Shown here piece by piece: positions 54,467 through 64,000 of a stretch of DNA of 64,000 bases. How positions within the stretch are numbered: the first letter of the stretch is position 1; each line of letters starts with the position of its first letter. Under the pieces are notes generated by a model. It was not told the DNA's origin. It searched no databases and saw nothing but the letters and a program-made list of their open reading frames with translations. The DNA comes from Halomonas sp. GTDB lineage: Bacteria; Pseudomonadota; Gammaproteobacteria; Pseudomonadales; Halomonadaceae. The stretch lies in NCBI RefSeq assembly GCF_033549285.1, contig NZ_JAWSUJ010000011.1:1757-65756 (forward strand). The letters run 5' to 3'. The position numbers and the translations under genes were made by a program.

Positions 54467-55627
54467 ATGTCCTGGAACCCGCGCGTCGAGCGCATCGCCC
54501 CCTTCCGCGTGATGAGCCTGCTGGAGACGGCCCAGGCCCGCGAGGCCGCCGGGCACGATGTCATCCACCTGGAGGTGGGCGAGCCCGATTTCCCGACCCC
54601 CGAGCCGGTGGTCGAGGCCGGCCGTACCGCGCTGTCGGCCGGCCACACCCGCTATACCCCGGCGGCGGGGCTGCCCGCCCTGCGCGAGGCGATCGCCGGC
54701 CACTATGCCGAGCACTTCGGTGCCGCCGTCGATCCCAGGCGCATCCTGGTCACGCCCGGCGCCTCCGGGGCGCTGCTGCTGGCCAGCCAGCTGCTGGCCG
54801 GCCCGGGTGACCGGGTACTGATGGCGGATCCCAACTACCCCTGCAACCGCCACTTCATGGCCCTGGCCGGGGCCGAGGTGGACGCCGTGCCGGTGGGGCC
54901 GGCGAGCGGCTGGCAGCTGGATGCCGGGCTCGTCGAGGCCCACTGGCACGACGCCACCCGCCTGGCGATGCTGGCCACGCCCTCGAACCCCACCGGCCAT
55001 ATGCTCGATGCCGGGCAACTCTCGGTGGTGGCCGAGACGGTGGCGGCGCATGGCGGCCACCTGCTGGTGGACGAGATCTACCAAGGGCTCTGTTTCGATC
55101 TCGAACCGCTCTCGGTGGCCTCGCTCACCGCGGACGCCTTCGTGGTGAACAGCTTCTCCAAGTACTTCGGCATGACCGGCTGGCGCCTGGGCTGGCTGCT
55201 GGCGCCCGAGGCGGCGGTGGAGCCGCTTGCCCGGCTGGCCCAGAACGTCTTCCTGGCCGCCTCCACCCCGGCCCAGCATGCCGCCCTGGCCGCCTTCACG
55301 CCCGAGTGCCACGGCATCCTCGAGGCCCGACGCAGCGAACTCGGGCGCCGCCGCGATGCCCTGCTGGCGGGGCTCTCCCGCCTGGGGCTCGCGCCGTCGC
55401 TGCCGCCCCAGGGGGCCTTCTACCTGTGGCTCGACATCTCGCACTACAGCGACGACAGCGAGGCCTTCTGCCGGGCGCTCCTCGAGGAGGAGAACGTCGC
55501 CATCACCCCGGGGACGGACTTCGCCCTGCATGGCGGTGAGCACCATGTGCGTATCGCCTTCACCACCGGCGAGGCGCGGCTGGAGGAGGCCGTGAGCCGC
55601 CTCGAGCGCTTCCTGGCGCGCCGCTGA
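54467..55627 (+). CDS. pyridoxal-phosphate-dependent aminotransferase (class I/II)
   Basis: Part of ORF 54323..55627, with the ATG at 54467 (MSWNPRVERIAPFRVMSLLETAQAREAAGHDVIHLEVGEPDF...NSFSKYFGMTGWRLGW). The substrate cannot be identified from sequence alone. Confidence 0.85.
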   Translation: MSWNPRVERIAPFRVMSLLETAQAREAAGHDVIHLEVGEPDFPTPEPVVEAGRTALSAGHTRYTPAAGLPALREAIAGHYAEHFGAAVDPRRILVTPGASGALLLASQLLAGPGDRVLMADPNYPCNRHFMALAGAEVDAVPVGPASGWQLDAGLVEAHWHDATRLAMLATPSNPTGHMLDAGQLSVVAETVAAHGGHLLVDEIYQGLCFDLEPLSVASLTADAFVVNSFSKYFGMTGWRLGWLLAPEAAVEPLARLAQNVFLAASTPAQHAALAAFTPECHGILEARRSELGRRRDALLAGLSRLGLAPSLPPQGAFYLWLDISHYSDDSEAFCRALLEEENVAITPGTDFALHGGEHHVRIAFTTGEARLEEAVSRLERFLARR

Positions 55628-56385
55628 TGGAGTACCCGACCCTGGCCCCCGGGACCCTGCTGCGTCGCTACAAGCGCTTCCTGGCCGACGTGCGCCTCGA
55701 TGACGGCCGCGAGGTGGTGGCCCACTGTCCCAATACCGGCTCCATGCGGGCGGTGAACGTGCCGGGCTGCCGGGTCTGGCTATCGGCCAGCGACAACCCG
55801 GCCCGCAAGCTGGCCTGGACCTGGGAACTGATCGAGCTGCCCCAGCCCGACGGCACCACGGCGGCGGCCTCGGTGCATACCGGGCGGGCCAACCGCATCG
55901 TCGAGGAGGCGTTGCGCGAGGGCAGGGTGGAGGAGCTGGCCGGCCATGCGACGATCCGGCGCGAGGCGACGGTGGCGGGGGCGAGGCTCGACTTTCGCCT
56001 CGACGACCCCGGGCGCGGCAGCACCTTCGTCGAGGTCAAGCAGGTGACCCTCAGGGAGGCCGATGGCCACGGCTACTTCCCCGACGCGGTGAGCGTGCGG
56101 GGCCGCAGGCACCTGGAGGCGCTGGCCGCCCTGGCGGCACAGGGTCACCGCGCCGTGCTGCTCTTCTGCGTGGCCCACGAGGGCATCCGGGACGTGGCCC
56201 CCGCGGCCCACCTGGACCCGGCCTATGCCGAGACCCTGCGCCAGGTGGCGGGGCTTGGCGTGGAAGTGCTGGCGCGGCGCTGCGAGGTGGTTCGCGAGGC
56301 CGGCATGCCGCTGGCGATCCGCCTGGGGCCGGCGCTGCCGGTGTCGCTCGCCCGCGAGGTGGACCCGAGCATGGTCGCCGATTGA
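55627..56385 (+). CDS. sfsA: DNA/RNA nuclease SfsA (sugar fermentation stimulation protein)
   Basis: ORF 55627..56385 begins MEYPTLAPGTLLRRYKRFLADVRLDDGREVVAHCPNTGSM...FVEVKQVTL. Confidence 0.9.
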   Translation: MEYPTLAPGTLLRRYKRFLADVRLDDGREVVAHCPNTGSMRAVNVPGCRVWLSASDNPARKLAWTWELIELPQPDGTTAAASVHTGRANRIVEEALREGRVEELAGHATIRREATVAGARLDFRLDDPGRGSTFVEVKQVTLREADGHGYFPDAVSVRGRRHLEALAALAAQGHRAVLLFCVAHEGIRDVAPAAHLDPAYAETLRQVAGLGVEVLARRCEVVREAGMPLAIRLGPALPVSLAREVDPSMVAD

Positions 56386-56403
56386 GCCGAGCGGCTTACG
56401 GAT

Positions 56404-56856
56404 TCAGCGGTCGATATAGAAGCGCTGGATGAAGCTGACCTCGGCGGGCGCGGCATTGCGGTCGTAGCGCACGCGCAGGTCGAAGCGCATCGGCTCGTCC
56501 TCGTGGATGCGGAACACCGCCACCTGGGAGGGCGTGTCGCCGATGCGCAGGCTGCGGAACGACAGCGGCGTGGCGTCGCCCCCCTCGAGCCCGCCGATGC
56601 GACCGTCGACCGAGGCGGTGACCGGGCGGGTCGAGCCATCCTCGAGCTCCTCCATCACGCTGACGTTGAGCAGTGCCATCACCTGGCTGCGCTGGATGCC
56701 GTGCTCCCGGGCCACCTCCTCCGGCAGGAAGCTGGTGTTCACGGCGCTGTAGTGGATCTGGTAGTCCCCCACCTGCTCGTACTGCTGGGCCTGGGCCGGC
56801 AGGGTCAGCAGCAGCGCCAGGCCCATGGCCAGGGCCGCCAGGCTGTGTCGAATCAT
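56404..56856 (-). CDS. DUF4426 domain-containing periplasmic protein
   Basis: ORF 56404..56856 has a signal peptide (MIRHSLAALAMGLALLLTLPAQA), then ...YQIHYSAVNTSFLPEEVAREHGIQRS.... It sits in the conserved position next to metW/metX, as in Pseudomonas. Confidence 0.7.
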   Translation of the reverse strand: MIRHSLAALAMGLALLLTLPAQAQQYEQVGDYQIHYSAVNTSFLPEEVAREHGIQRSQVMALLNVSVMEELEDGSTRPVTASVDGRIGGLEGGDATPLSFRSLRIGDTPSQVAVFRIHEDEPMRFDLRVRYDRNAAPAEVSFIQRFYIDR

Positions 56857-56901
56857 CGTCGGTTCTCTCTCCTTCGGTATCTTGCCTGCGCCTCTCCGGC
56901 G

Positions 56902-57504
56902 TCACGCCCTGCGGCGGGCGACCCGGAAGATGGCGATCTCGCCGAACAGGTTGGGCCACCACCGCGAGGTCCAGTGTCCCTCGTGGTCACCGATGCCCAC
57001 CGCCCGGTCGACAATGCTCAGACCCTTGTCGCGGCACAGGCGTTCAAAGTCGTTGAAGGTCGAGAGGTGGATGTTGGGGGTGTCGTACCAGGCATGGGGC
57101 AGCGACCGGGACACCGGCATGTAGCCCTTGAAGCCCAGGTAGGCGCGGTGGCGCCAGTAGGCGAAGTTGGGGAAGGTGATGATGCACTCCCCGGCGACGC
57201 GCAGCATCTCGTCGAGCATCAGGTCCGGGCGACGCAGCGCCTGGAGTGCCTGGGTCATCACCACCAGGTCGCAAGCGTCGTCCTCGAAGTTGGCGAGCCC
57301 CTCGTCGAGGTTCTGCTCGATGACGTTGACCCCCTTGGCCAGGCAGGCAGTGATGCCGTCGGGGTCGATCTCCAGGCCGTAGCCCGTGACCTGCTTGTCG
57401 CGGGCCAGTGCCGCCAGCAGGGTGCCCTCGCCGCAGCCCAGGTCGAGGACCCTCGCGCCTCGCGGGACCCAGTCGTGAATCAGCTTGAGGTCGGCGCGCA
57501 TCAT
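56902..57504 (-). CDS. metW: methionine biosynthesis protein MetW
   Basis: ORF 56902..57504 begins [30 protein letters not shown] and contains ...[12 protein letters not shown].... It overlaps the metX stop. Confidence 0.92.
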   Translation of the reverse strand: MMRADLKLIHDWVPRGARVLDLGCGEGTLLAALARDKQVTGYGLEIDPDGITACLAKGVNVIEQNLDEGLANFEDDACDLVVMTQALQALRRPDLMLDEMLRVAGECIITFPNFAYWRHRAYLGFKGYMPVSRSLPHAWYDTPNIHLSTFNDFERLCRDKGLSIVDRAVGIGDHEGHWTSRWWPNLFGEIAIFRVARRRA

Positions 57505-58658
57505 GGGCAGTCCTCCAGGCCCTGGTCGCGGGCGACGCGGTTCATGAAGGCGGCGAAGACCGCCTGGTAGCGCGGCTCGGGCATCAGGAAAGCGTCGTGG
57601 CCGTGCGGCGAGTCGATGTTGGCGTAGCTGACCGCCTTGTCGGCGCGGATCAGGGCGTTGACCAGCTCCTTGGAGCGCGAGGGCGGGAAGCGCCAGTCGG
57701 TGGAGAAGCTCACCACCAGGAAGGGGCAGGCGGCGGGTGCCAGGGCCCGGGCCAGGTTGCCCTCGTGGGCCGCGGCCGGGTCGAAGTAGTCCAGCGCCTT
57801 GGTCATCAGCAGGTAGGTGTTGGCATCGAAGGAGGTGGAGAAGGTGTCGCCCTGGTAGCGCAGGTAGGACTCCACCTGGAACTCCACGTCGTAGCCGAAG
57901 TTGAGGTCGTTGCTGCGCAGGTCGCGGCCGAACTTGCTGCCCATGGCATCTTCGGAGAGGTAGGTGATGTGGCCCACCATCCGGGCGAGCTTGAGGCCGC
58001 GGCGCGGCGCCGTGTCATGGTCGGCGTACCAGCCGTCATGGAAGTCGCGGTCGGAGCGGATCGCCTGGCGGGCCACCTCGTTGAAGGCGATGTTCTGTGC
58101 CGACAGCTTCGGCGTCGCCGCGATGACCACCGCATTGGCGATGCGCTCGGGGTAGGCGAGGGTCCACTGCAGCACCTGCATGCCCCCCAGGCTGCCGCCG
58201 ATCACCGCGGCGAAGCGCTCGATGCCCAGCCGGTCGGCCAGCCGCGCCTGGCTGTGGACCCAGTCTTCCACGGTCATGATCGGGAAGTCGGGCCCCCACT
58301 GGTGACCCGTCGCCGGGTTCTCGCTGGTGGGGCCGGTGCTGCCGTGGCAGCCGCCGAGGTTGTTCAGCGAGACCACGAAGAAGCGCTCGGTGTCGATCGA
58401 CTTGCCGGGGCCGATGTGCGCATCCCACCAGCCCGGCTTGCGCTCGTCCGCCGCGTGGTAGCCGGCCGCGTGGTGGTGGCCGGAGAGGGCGTGGCAGATC
58501 AGGATGGCATTGGAGCGCGCGGCGTTGAGGGTGCCGTAGGTCTCGTACACCAGGTCATAGGCCGGCAGCGTCCTGCCGCAGGCCAGGGCCAGGGGATCGT
58601 CGAAGTGCGCCGTCTCGGGCGTCACCAGGCCGACCGAATCGCGGGGGAACTCGGGCAT
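57501..58658 (-). CDS. metX: homoserine O-acyltransferase MetX (O-succinyl/acetyl)
   Basis: Part of ORF 57501..58733, trimmed to the ATG at 58658 ([45 protein letters not shown]...GGSLGGMQ). Confidence 0.93.
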   Translation of the reverse strand: MPEFPRDSVGLVTPETAHFDDPLALACGRTLPAYDLVYETYGTLNAARSNAILICHALSGHHHAAGYHAADERKPGWWDAHIGPGKSIDTERFFVVSLNNLGGCHGSTGPTSENPATGHQWGPDFPIMTVEDWVHSQARLADRLGIERFAAVIGGSLGGMQVLQWTLAYPERIANAVVIAATPKLSAQNIAFNEVARQAIRSDRDFHDGWYADHDTAPRRGLKLARMVGHITYLSEDAMGSKFGRDLRSNDLNFGYDVEFQVESYLRYQGDTFSTSFDANTYLLMTKALDYFDPAAAHEGNLARALAPAACPFLVVSFSTDWRFPPSRSKELVNALIRADKAVSYANIDSPHGHDAFLMPEPRYQAVFAAFMNRVARDQGLEDCP

Positions 58659-58695
58659 CAGTCGTGTCGTGTCCAGTCGTGAGTGTCGGCCGGCC

Positions 58696-59289
58696 TCACA
58701 GGCCGACCAGGGCACCGGCGATGCCGGCGGCACGGGTCAGCGAGCCCACCACGATACCATCGATCAGGCTGATGGCGATGAACACCACGATGGGCGAGAG
58801 GTCGATCATGCCCAGCGGCGGGATCACCTTGCGCACCGGCGCCATGATCGGCTCCACCAGCTGCATCACCAGCAGCGCACCCGGGTGGCTGGCCTGGGGG
58901 GCCACCCAGCTGAGGATGATCATCACGATCAGGGCGAAGAAGTAGATCTTGAGGATGGCGTTGGCGATGGCGGCAACGGAGCCGATCGCCACGCCGGCGA
59001 TGGGCGCCATGCCGAAGCCGGCGATCTGCAGGATCACGATGATGGCGACCGCCTTGATGACGAACGCCGTGGCCAGGGTGGCCAGGTCGAAGCGTCCCAT
59101 CACCGGCCCCAGGAAGCCCTGGAAGGGGCGTACCGCCGGCTGGGTGACCTTCACCACCGACTGGCTGATGGGGTTGTAGTAGTCGGCCCGGGATGCCTGC
59201 AGCAGGAAGCGCAGCATCAGCAGGAAGATGTAGATGTTGATCAGGGTGTTCACCAGCAGCAGGCCGGCGCTTCCCAGTTGGCTGCCCAT
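58696..59289 (-). CDS. yggT: YggT family membrane protein
   Basis: ORF 58696..59289 has a duplicated YGGT pattern ([14 protein letters not shown]..., [15 protein letters not shown]...). It shows the proC-yggT synteny. Confidence 0.85.
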   Translation of the reverse strand: MGSQLGSAGLLLVNTLINIYIFLLMLRFLLQASRADYYNPISQSVVKVTQPAVRPFQGFLGPVMGRFDLATLATAFVIKAVAIIVILQIAGFGMAPIAGVAIGSVAAIANAILKIYFFALIVMIILSWVAPQASHPGALLVMQLVEPIMAPVRKVIPPLGMIDLSPIVVFIAISLIDGIVVGSLTRAAGIAGALVGL

Positions 59290-59352
59290 CGGGGCCCCTC
59301 CGTGTCCTTGAAACGTCGTCGTGTCAGCCCGCCTGGGTGGCGGGCTGTCGGG

Positions 59353-60177
59353 TCAGCGCTTGCCGAGCTCGTCGGCCATCTCCCGGGCGCGGTCGGCACA
59401 TGCGGTCATCGCCTCGGCCATGATGCGACGCAGGCCGGCCTGTTCGAGGTGCTCGATGGCCCGCTCGGTGGTGCCGCCGGGCGACATCACGTTGCGCTTG
59501 AGCTCGGCGGGTGGCTTGTCGCTTGCGAGCGCCATCTTCGCCGCGCCCAGGGCCGTCTGCATGGCCAGCCGGCGGGCGGTGTCGGCGGGCAGGCCCAGCG
59601 AGGCGCCGGCCTCCTCCATGGCCTCGAACATCAGGAAGAAGTAGGCGGGGGCGCTTCCCGAGACGGCGGTGACCGCATCGAGCAGGGCCTCGTCATCGAC
59701 CCACTCGACCAGGCCCACGGCCTCCATCAGTTCGGTGGCGAGCCGACGCTGGGCCTCGTCGACGTTGGCATTGGCATAGAGCCCGGCGGCCCCGGCGCCG
59801 ACCAGCGCGGGGGTGTTGGGCATGCAGCGCACCACCGGCAGGTCGCCACCGAGCCAGTGCTCCAGGGTCTCGGCGGGCAGGCCCGCCGCCACCGAGACGA
59901 TCAGCGGGCGGCGTGCCTGGACGGCATCGCGCATCTGCTCGCAGACCTCGCGCATGATCTGCGGCTTGACCGCCAGCACCACCACGTCGGACTCGGCGAC
60001 GGCCGCGGCGTTGTCGGTCGCGGTCTGGATGCCCAGCCGCTGGCGCAGCGGGGCGAGGATGTCGTCGCTGGGCGAGGTGGCCGTGATGTCGTCGGGTGAG
60101 AAGCCGCTCTCGATCATCCCGCCGATGATGGCGCCGGCCATGTTGCCGGCGCCGATGAAGGTGACTCTGCTGGCCAT
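59353..60177 (-). CDS. proC: pyrroline-5-carboxylate reductase
   Basis: ORF 59353..60177 begins MASRVTFIGAGNMAGAIIGGMI and contains ...VRCMPNTPALVG...SPGGTTE. Confidence 0.95.
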   Translation of the reverse strand: MASRVTFIGAGNMAGAIIGGMIESGFSPDDITATSPSDDILAPLRQRLGIQTATDNAAAVAESDVVVLAVKPQIMREVCEQMRDAVQARRPLIVSVAAGLPAETLEHWLGGDLPVVRCMPNTPALVGAGAAGLYANANVDEAQRRLATELMEAVGLVEWVDDEALLDAVTAVSGSAPAYFFLMFEAMEEAGASLGLPADTARRLAMQTALGAAKMALASDKPPAELKRNVMSPGGTTERAIEHLEQAGLRRIMAEAMTACADRAREMADELGKR

Positions 60178-60239
60178 GGGGTCTGTCCTGTGTCGGTCGA
60201 CGAATGAGGCCGGCGTGGCTCACCGGCGTCGTGTGGTTG

Positions 60240-60947
60240 TCACTCTCGTGCGCTGCGTTCCCCGAAGATCGCGGTGCCCAGGCGGACCAGGGTGGCCCCC
60301 TCGAGCACGGCAGCCTCCAGGTCGGCGGACATGCCCATCGAGAGGGTGTCCAGCGGCGCCCCGGGGAGGCGCTCGCGGAGCCCCTCGAGGGCCTCGCGCA
60401 GGCGGGCGAAGGGCACGCGCTGGGCGTCGAGCCCCTCGGCCGGCGCGGGGATCGCCATCAGCCCGCGCAGGCGCAGCTGGGGCAGCGCCTGGACCGCCTC
60501 GGCCAGGGCGGGCAGTGCCTCGAGCGAGACGCCGGACTTGCTCGCCTCGTCGCTGATGTTGACCTGCAGGCAGATCTCCAGCGGGCCCAGCGCCGCGGGG
60601 CGTTGATCGTTCAGACGCCGGGCGATCTTCTCACGGTCTACGCTATGCACCCAGGCGAAGTGCTCGGCCACGTCGCGGGTCTTGTTGGATTGCAGCGGAC
60701 CGATGAAATGCCAGACGATGGGGTCCAGGTCCGCCAGCTCGGCCTGCTTGTCCAGGGCCTCCTGGACATAGTTCTCGCCGAACTCGCGCTGGCCCAGGTG
60801 CCAGGCCTCGCGGATCATGGCGGCGGGCTTGGTCTTGCTGACGGCCAGCAGCCGGGCGCCATCGGCGGGTCGGCCGGCGGCATTCAGCGCGTCGGCGAGC
60901 CGGGTGCGGGCGGCGGCCAGGGACTCGGAAAGTACTAGGTCCGTCAT
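60240..60947 (-). CDS. yggS: YggS family pyridoxal-phosphate homeostasis protein
   Basis: ORF 60240..60947 contains ...RLLAVSKTKPAAMIREAWHLGQREFGENYVQE...HFIGPLQSNK...LSMGMSADLEAAV. Confidence 0.93.
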   Translation of the reverse strand: MTDLVLSESLAAARTRLADALNAAGRPADGARLLAVSKTKPAAMIREAWHLGQREFGENYVQEALDKQAELADLDPIVWHFIGPLQSNKTRDVAEHFAWVHSVDREKIARRLNDQRPAALGPLEICLQVNISDEASKSGVSLEALPALAEAVQALPQLRLRGLMAIPAPAEGLDAQRVPFARLREALEGLRERLPGAPLDTLSMGMSADLEAAVLEGATLVRLGTAIFGERSARE

Positions 60948-61010
60948 GTCTGAGTGTCTGTCATACTGGGCATACTGAAGGGAACCTTATCCCGGGAGCA
61001 GGGGAAACGC

Positions 61011-62045
61011 ATGGATATTACCGAACTGCTGGCATTCTCGGCAAAGCAGAACGCCTCGGACCTCCACCTCTCGGCGGGCCTGCCGCCGATGATCCGTGTC
61101 GATGGCGACATCCGCCGGCTCAACGTGCCGGCCATGGAGGACCGCGAGGTCCGCAAGCTGATCTACGACATCATGGCGGACCGCCAGCGCCGCGACTACG
61201 AGGAGTTCTTCGAGACCGACTTCTCCTTCGAGGTGCCGGGCGTCTCGCGCTTTCGTGTCAACGTCTTCAACCAGGCGCGCGGCGCCGGGGCGGTGTTCCG
61301 TACCATCCCCACCGAGGTGCTGACCCTGGAGGACCTGGGCATGGGGCCGGTCTTCCGGCAGCTCTCCATGCTGCCCCGCGGCCTGGTGCTGGTCACCGGC
61401 CCCACCGGCTCGGGCAAGAGCACCACGCTGGCGGCGATGATCGACTACATCAACGACAACCGCTTCGAGCACATCCTCACCATCGAGGACCCGGTGGAGT
61501 TCGTGCACCGCAGCAAGCGCTGCCTGGTCAACCAGCGCGAGGTGCACCGCGATACCCATGGCTTCGCCCCGGCGCTGCGCAGCGCCCTGCGCGAGGACCC
61601 GGACATCATCCTGGTCGGCGAGCTGCGCGACCTGGAGACGATCCGCCTGGCGCTGACCGCGGCCGAGACCGGCCACCTGGTGTTCGGCACCCTGCATACC
61701 ACCTCCGCGGCCAAGACCATCGACCGGATCATCGACGTCTTTCCCGGCGAGGAGAAGTCCATGGTGCGCTCGATGCTCTCCGAGTCATTGCAGGCGGTGA
61801 TCTCCCAGGCCCTGCTCAAGCGCCAGGGCGGCGGCCGGGTGGCGGCCCACGAGATCCTGGTGGCCACCGCGGCGGTGCGTAACCTGATCCGCGAGGACAA
61901 GGTGGCGCAGATCTACTCGGCGATCCAGACCGGCGGCAACCTGGGGATGCAGACCCTGGATGCCTCGCTGGCGCGCCTGGTGGCGGACAACATGGTGGCG
62001 CGCGAGGAGGCCCAGGTGAAGGCCAAGGGCGTGCTGGCGAGCTGA
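61011..62045 (+). CDS. pilT: type IV pilus twitching motility ATPase PilT
   Basis: Part of ORF 60954..62045, with the ATG at 61011 (MDITELLAFSAKQNASDLHLSAGLPPMIRVDGD...GPTGSGKSTTLAAM...AIRNLIREDK-like AVRNLIREDK). Confidence 0.95.
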   Translation: MDITELLAFSAKQNASDLHLSAGLPPMIRVDGDIRRLNVPAMEDREVRKLIYDIMADRQRRDYEEFFETDFSFEVPGVSRFRVNVFNQARGAGAVFRTIPTEVLTLEDLGMGPVFRQLSMLPRGLVLVTGPTGSGKSTTLAAMIDYINDNRFEHILTIEDPVEFVHRSKRCLVNQREVHRDTHGFAPALRSALREDPDIILVGELRDLETIRLALTAAETGHLVFGTLHTTSAAKTIDRIIDVFPGEEKSMVRSMLSESLQAVISQALLKRQGGGRVAAHEILVATAAVRNLIREDKVAQIYSAIQTGGNLGMQTLDASLARLVADNMVAREEAQVKAKGVLAS

Positions 62046-62076
62046 GGACGCGACAACGATAACAAGGAGCAGGGAC

Positions 62077-63219
62077 ATGACGGCAAAAGAGTGGCTCTAT
62101 CAGCTGCTGGACATCATGGTGCAGAAGGAGGCGTCGGATCTGCTGATCTCGGTGAATGCGCCGCCGACCCTGAAGATGGCCGGCCAGCTCACCCCCCTGG
62201 GCGACCAGGGGCTCAGCGTGGCACAGGTCACCGAACTGGTCGGCGCCTCGATCCCCGATGCGGTGCTGGAGCGCTTCCGCGTCGAGCACGAGGCCAACTT
62301 CGCGCTGAGCCTCAAGGACAAGGGGCGCTTTCGCGTCAGTGCCTTCCAGCAGCGCAACCAGATGGCCATGGTGATCCGGCGCATCGGCTTCGAGATTCCC
62401 CACCTGGAGGAGCTGTCGCTGCCCTCCACGCTCGGCGAGCTGGCCAACAACAAGCGTGGCCTGGTGTTCGTGGTCGGGGGGACCGGGACCGGCAAGTCGA
62501 CCACCCTGGCGTCGATGATCCAGCAGCGCAACGAGACCCTCGGCGGCCACATCATCAGCGTCGAGGATCCCATCGAGTACGTGCACCCGCACCGCAAGGC
62601 GATCGTCAACCAGCGCGAGGTCGGCATCGACACCGAATCCTTCGAGGTGGCGCTGAAGAACACCCTGCGCCAGGCACCGGACGTGATCCTGATCGGCGAG
62701 GTGCGCACCCGGGAGACCATGGAGCACGCCCTGACCTTCGCCGAGACCGGCCACCTTTGCCTGGCTACCCTGCACGCCAACAACGCCAACCAGGCGCTGG
62801 ACCGGATCATCAACTTCTTCCCCATCGAGCGACACTCCCAGGTGTGGCTCGACCTCTCGCTCAACCTGCGGGCCATCGTCGCCCAGCAGCTGCTCCCCAC
62901 GGTGGATGGCGGGCGCTGCCCGGCCATCGAGATCATGCTCAAGTCGCCGCTGATCGGTGACCTGGTGCGCAAGGGGGAGGTCTCCGAGATCAAGAACGTC
63001 ATGGCCCGTTCGCGGGATCTCGGCATGCAGACCTTCGACCAGGCGCTCTTCGACCTCTTCAAGGCCGGCAAGATCACCGAGGAGGTGGCGCTGGTGCACG
63101 CCGACTCGGCCAATGACCTGCGCATGATGATCAAGTACGGCGACGAGAGCAGCGAGGGCGTGGCCGGAGCCAGGGAGGCGGCCAGCCACCTCTCGCTGCG
63201 CGGCGAGGACGACTTCTAG
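62077..63219 (+). CDS. pilU: type IV pilus ATPase PilU (PilT paralogue)
   Basis: ORF 62077..63219 contains ...[20 protein letters not shown]...[14 protein letters not shown].... It lies immediately downstream of pilT. Confidence 0.9.
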   Translation: MTAKEWLYQLLDIMVQKEASDLLISVNAPPTLKMAGQLTPLGDQGLSVAQVTELVGASIPDAVLERFRVEHEANFALSLKDKGRFRVSAFQQRNQMAMVIRRIGFEIPHLEELSLPSTLGELANNKRGLVFVVGGTGTGKSTTLASMIQQRNETLGGHIISVEDPIEYVHPHRKAIVNQREVGIDTESFEVALKNTLRQAPDVILIGEVRTRETMEHALTFAETGHLCLATLHANNANQALDRIINFFPIERHSQVWLDLSLNLRAIVAQQLLPTVDGGRCPAIEIMLKSPLIGDLVRKGEVSEIKNVMARSRDLGMQTFDQALFDLFKAGKITEEVALVHADSANDLRMMIKYGDESSEGVAGAREAASHLSLRGEDDF

Positions 63220-64000
63220 GGAGCGTAGACCCCGCCCAGCACCCGGGGGCCGGCGGCGCCGGTCACCGAGGGCAGGTTGCCGGGCAGTCCGGCCAGTCGC
63301 CGCCACGCCAGCCAGGCGAAGGCGCCGGCCTCCAGCCACTCGGCCGGCCAGCCCCAGTCCTCCCCAGGGAGCAGCGGTGTCTCCGGCAGCCGGCGGGCCA
63401 GGCGGGCCAGCAGGTCCGCGTTGCGGGCGCCGCCGCCGCAGGGTACCAGTACCGCGGCCGGCGGGGCATCGAGGCGCTCCCGGGCCATACCCACGCCGAG
63501 GGCCACGCTGGCCGCGGTGAGCTCGGCGAGGGTGGCCTGGATGTCTTCCGGGGCCTCCCCGCCCTGCAGCTTTCCTTGCAGCCACTCCAGGTGGAAGAGC
63601 TCCCGGCCCGTGCTGCGCGGCGGTGGCAGGTGGAAGAAGGGCTCCGCCAGCAGCCGCTCCAGCAGTGCCTCGTCGACATGTCCCGAGGCCGCCCAGGCGC
63701 CGCCGGCATCGAAGCGTCCCCCGCGATGCCGGGCATGCCAGGCATCCAGCAGGGCATTGGCCGGGCCGGTATCGAAGCCCAGCGGCGCTCGTTCGTCCTC
63801 GGCGGGCGGCAGCAGGGTGAGGTTGGCGAAGCCGCCGAGGTTGAGCACCAGGCGCCATTCGCCGGGTGCCCGGAACAGCGCCTCATGGAAGGCCGGGGCC
63901 AGGGGCGCGGCCTGGCCGCCGGCGGCCTGGTCGCGGCGCCGGAAGTCGGCCACCACCGGGCGGCCGGTGAGTTCGGCCAGCAGGCTGGGGTTGTCGAGCT
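63216..64000 (-). CDS. anmK: anhydro-N-acetylmuramic acid kinase (5'-truncated by the window end)
   Basis: ORF 63216..63956 and its upstream continuation contain ...[13 protein letters not shown]...[14 protein letters not shown]...[10 protein letters not shown]...CGGGARN. The frame stays open to base 64000. Confidence 0.85.
   Translation of the reverse strand, partial: LDNPSLLAELTGRPVVADFRRRDQAAGGQAAPLAPAFHEALFRAPGEWRLVLNLGGFANLTLLPPAEDERAPLGFDTGPANALLDAWHARHRGGRFDAGGAWAASGHVDEALLERLLAEPFFHLPPPRSTGRELFHLEWLQGKLQGGEAPEDIQATLAELTAASVALGVGMARERLDAPPAAVLVPCGGGARNADLLARLARRLPETPLLPGEDWGWPAEWLEAGAFAWLAWRRLAGLPGNLPSVTGAAGPRVLGGVYAP

Overview
This window is G+C-rich gammaproteobacterial chromosome, about two-thirds G+C by eye. 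Its gene order matches, as far as I recall, the Pseudomonas blocks smpB/ssrA-bamE-fur-recN-grpE-dnaKJ-dapB-carAB-greA-rlmE-ftsH-folP-glmM-tpiA-secG-tRNAs-rimP-nusA-infB-rbfA-truB-rpsO-pnp and panDCB-folK-pcnB-(crcZ)-cbrBA-gluQ-dksA-sfsA, followed by metXW-yggT-proC-yggS-pilTU-anmK. Composition and protein flavour suggest a Halomonas-like Oceanospirillales genome; that is inference, since no search was possible. I call about 59 protein genes (2 partial), tmRNA, tRNA-Leu(GAG), an initiator tRNA-Met, several promoters, operators and terminators, and three kinds of repeat. All protein calls rest on recognising conserved N-termini and motifs in the supplied translations. Starts were re-picked by hand, and many long ORFs in the track are antisense shadows of real genes. 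The most interesting items are as follows. (1) The 0.8-kb cbrB-pcnB spacer carries a minus-strand sigma-54 promoter, at least 8 (ARN)n/AACAACAA tracts, several in hairpin loops, and an intrinsic terminator. This looks like a long CrcZ-type Hfq/Crc sponge sRNA outside Pseudomonas, with a TGTTAC/GTAACA upstream site and a 58-codon cbrX-like ORF overlapping the cbrA start. (2) A 654-aa single-polypeptide fusion joins a Clp1/Grc3-like P-loop polynucleotide kinase to an RNase Z-like metallo-beta-lactamase nuclease. It lies in a 5.5-kb insertion between dnaJ and dapB that also carries a reader-domain-HNH (type IV restriction-like) nuclease. (3) A structured ~97-nt intergenic element occurs twice, once in the pnp leader, with one compensatory base-pair change. 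(4) Heptanucleotide microsatellites lie in two 3' UTRs, a 16-bp tandem repeat lies in the recN leader, and carA has a terminator-spanning leader ORF. No CRISPR, integrase, transposase or prophage genes were seen.
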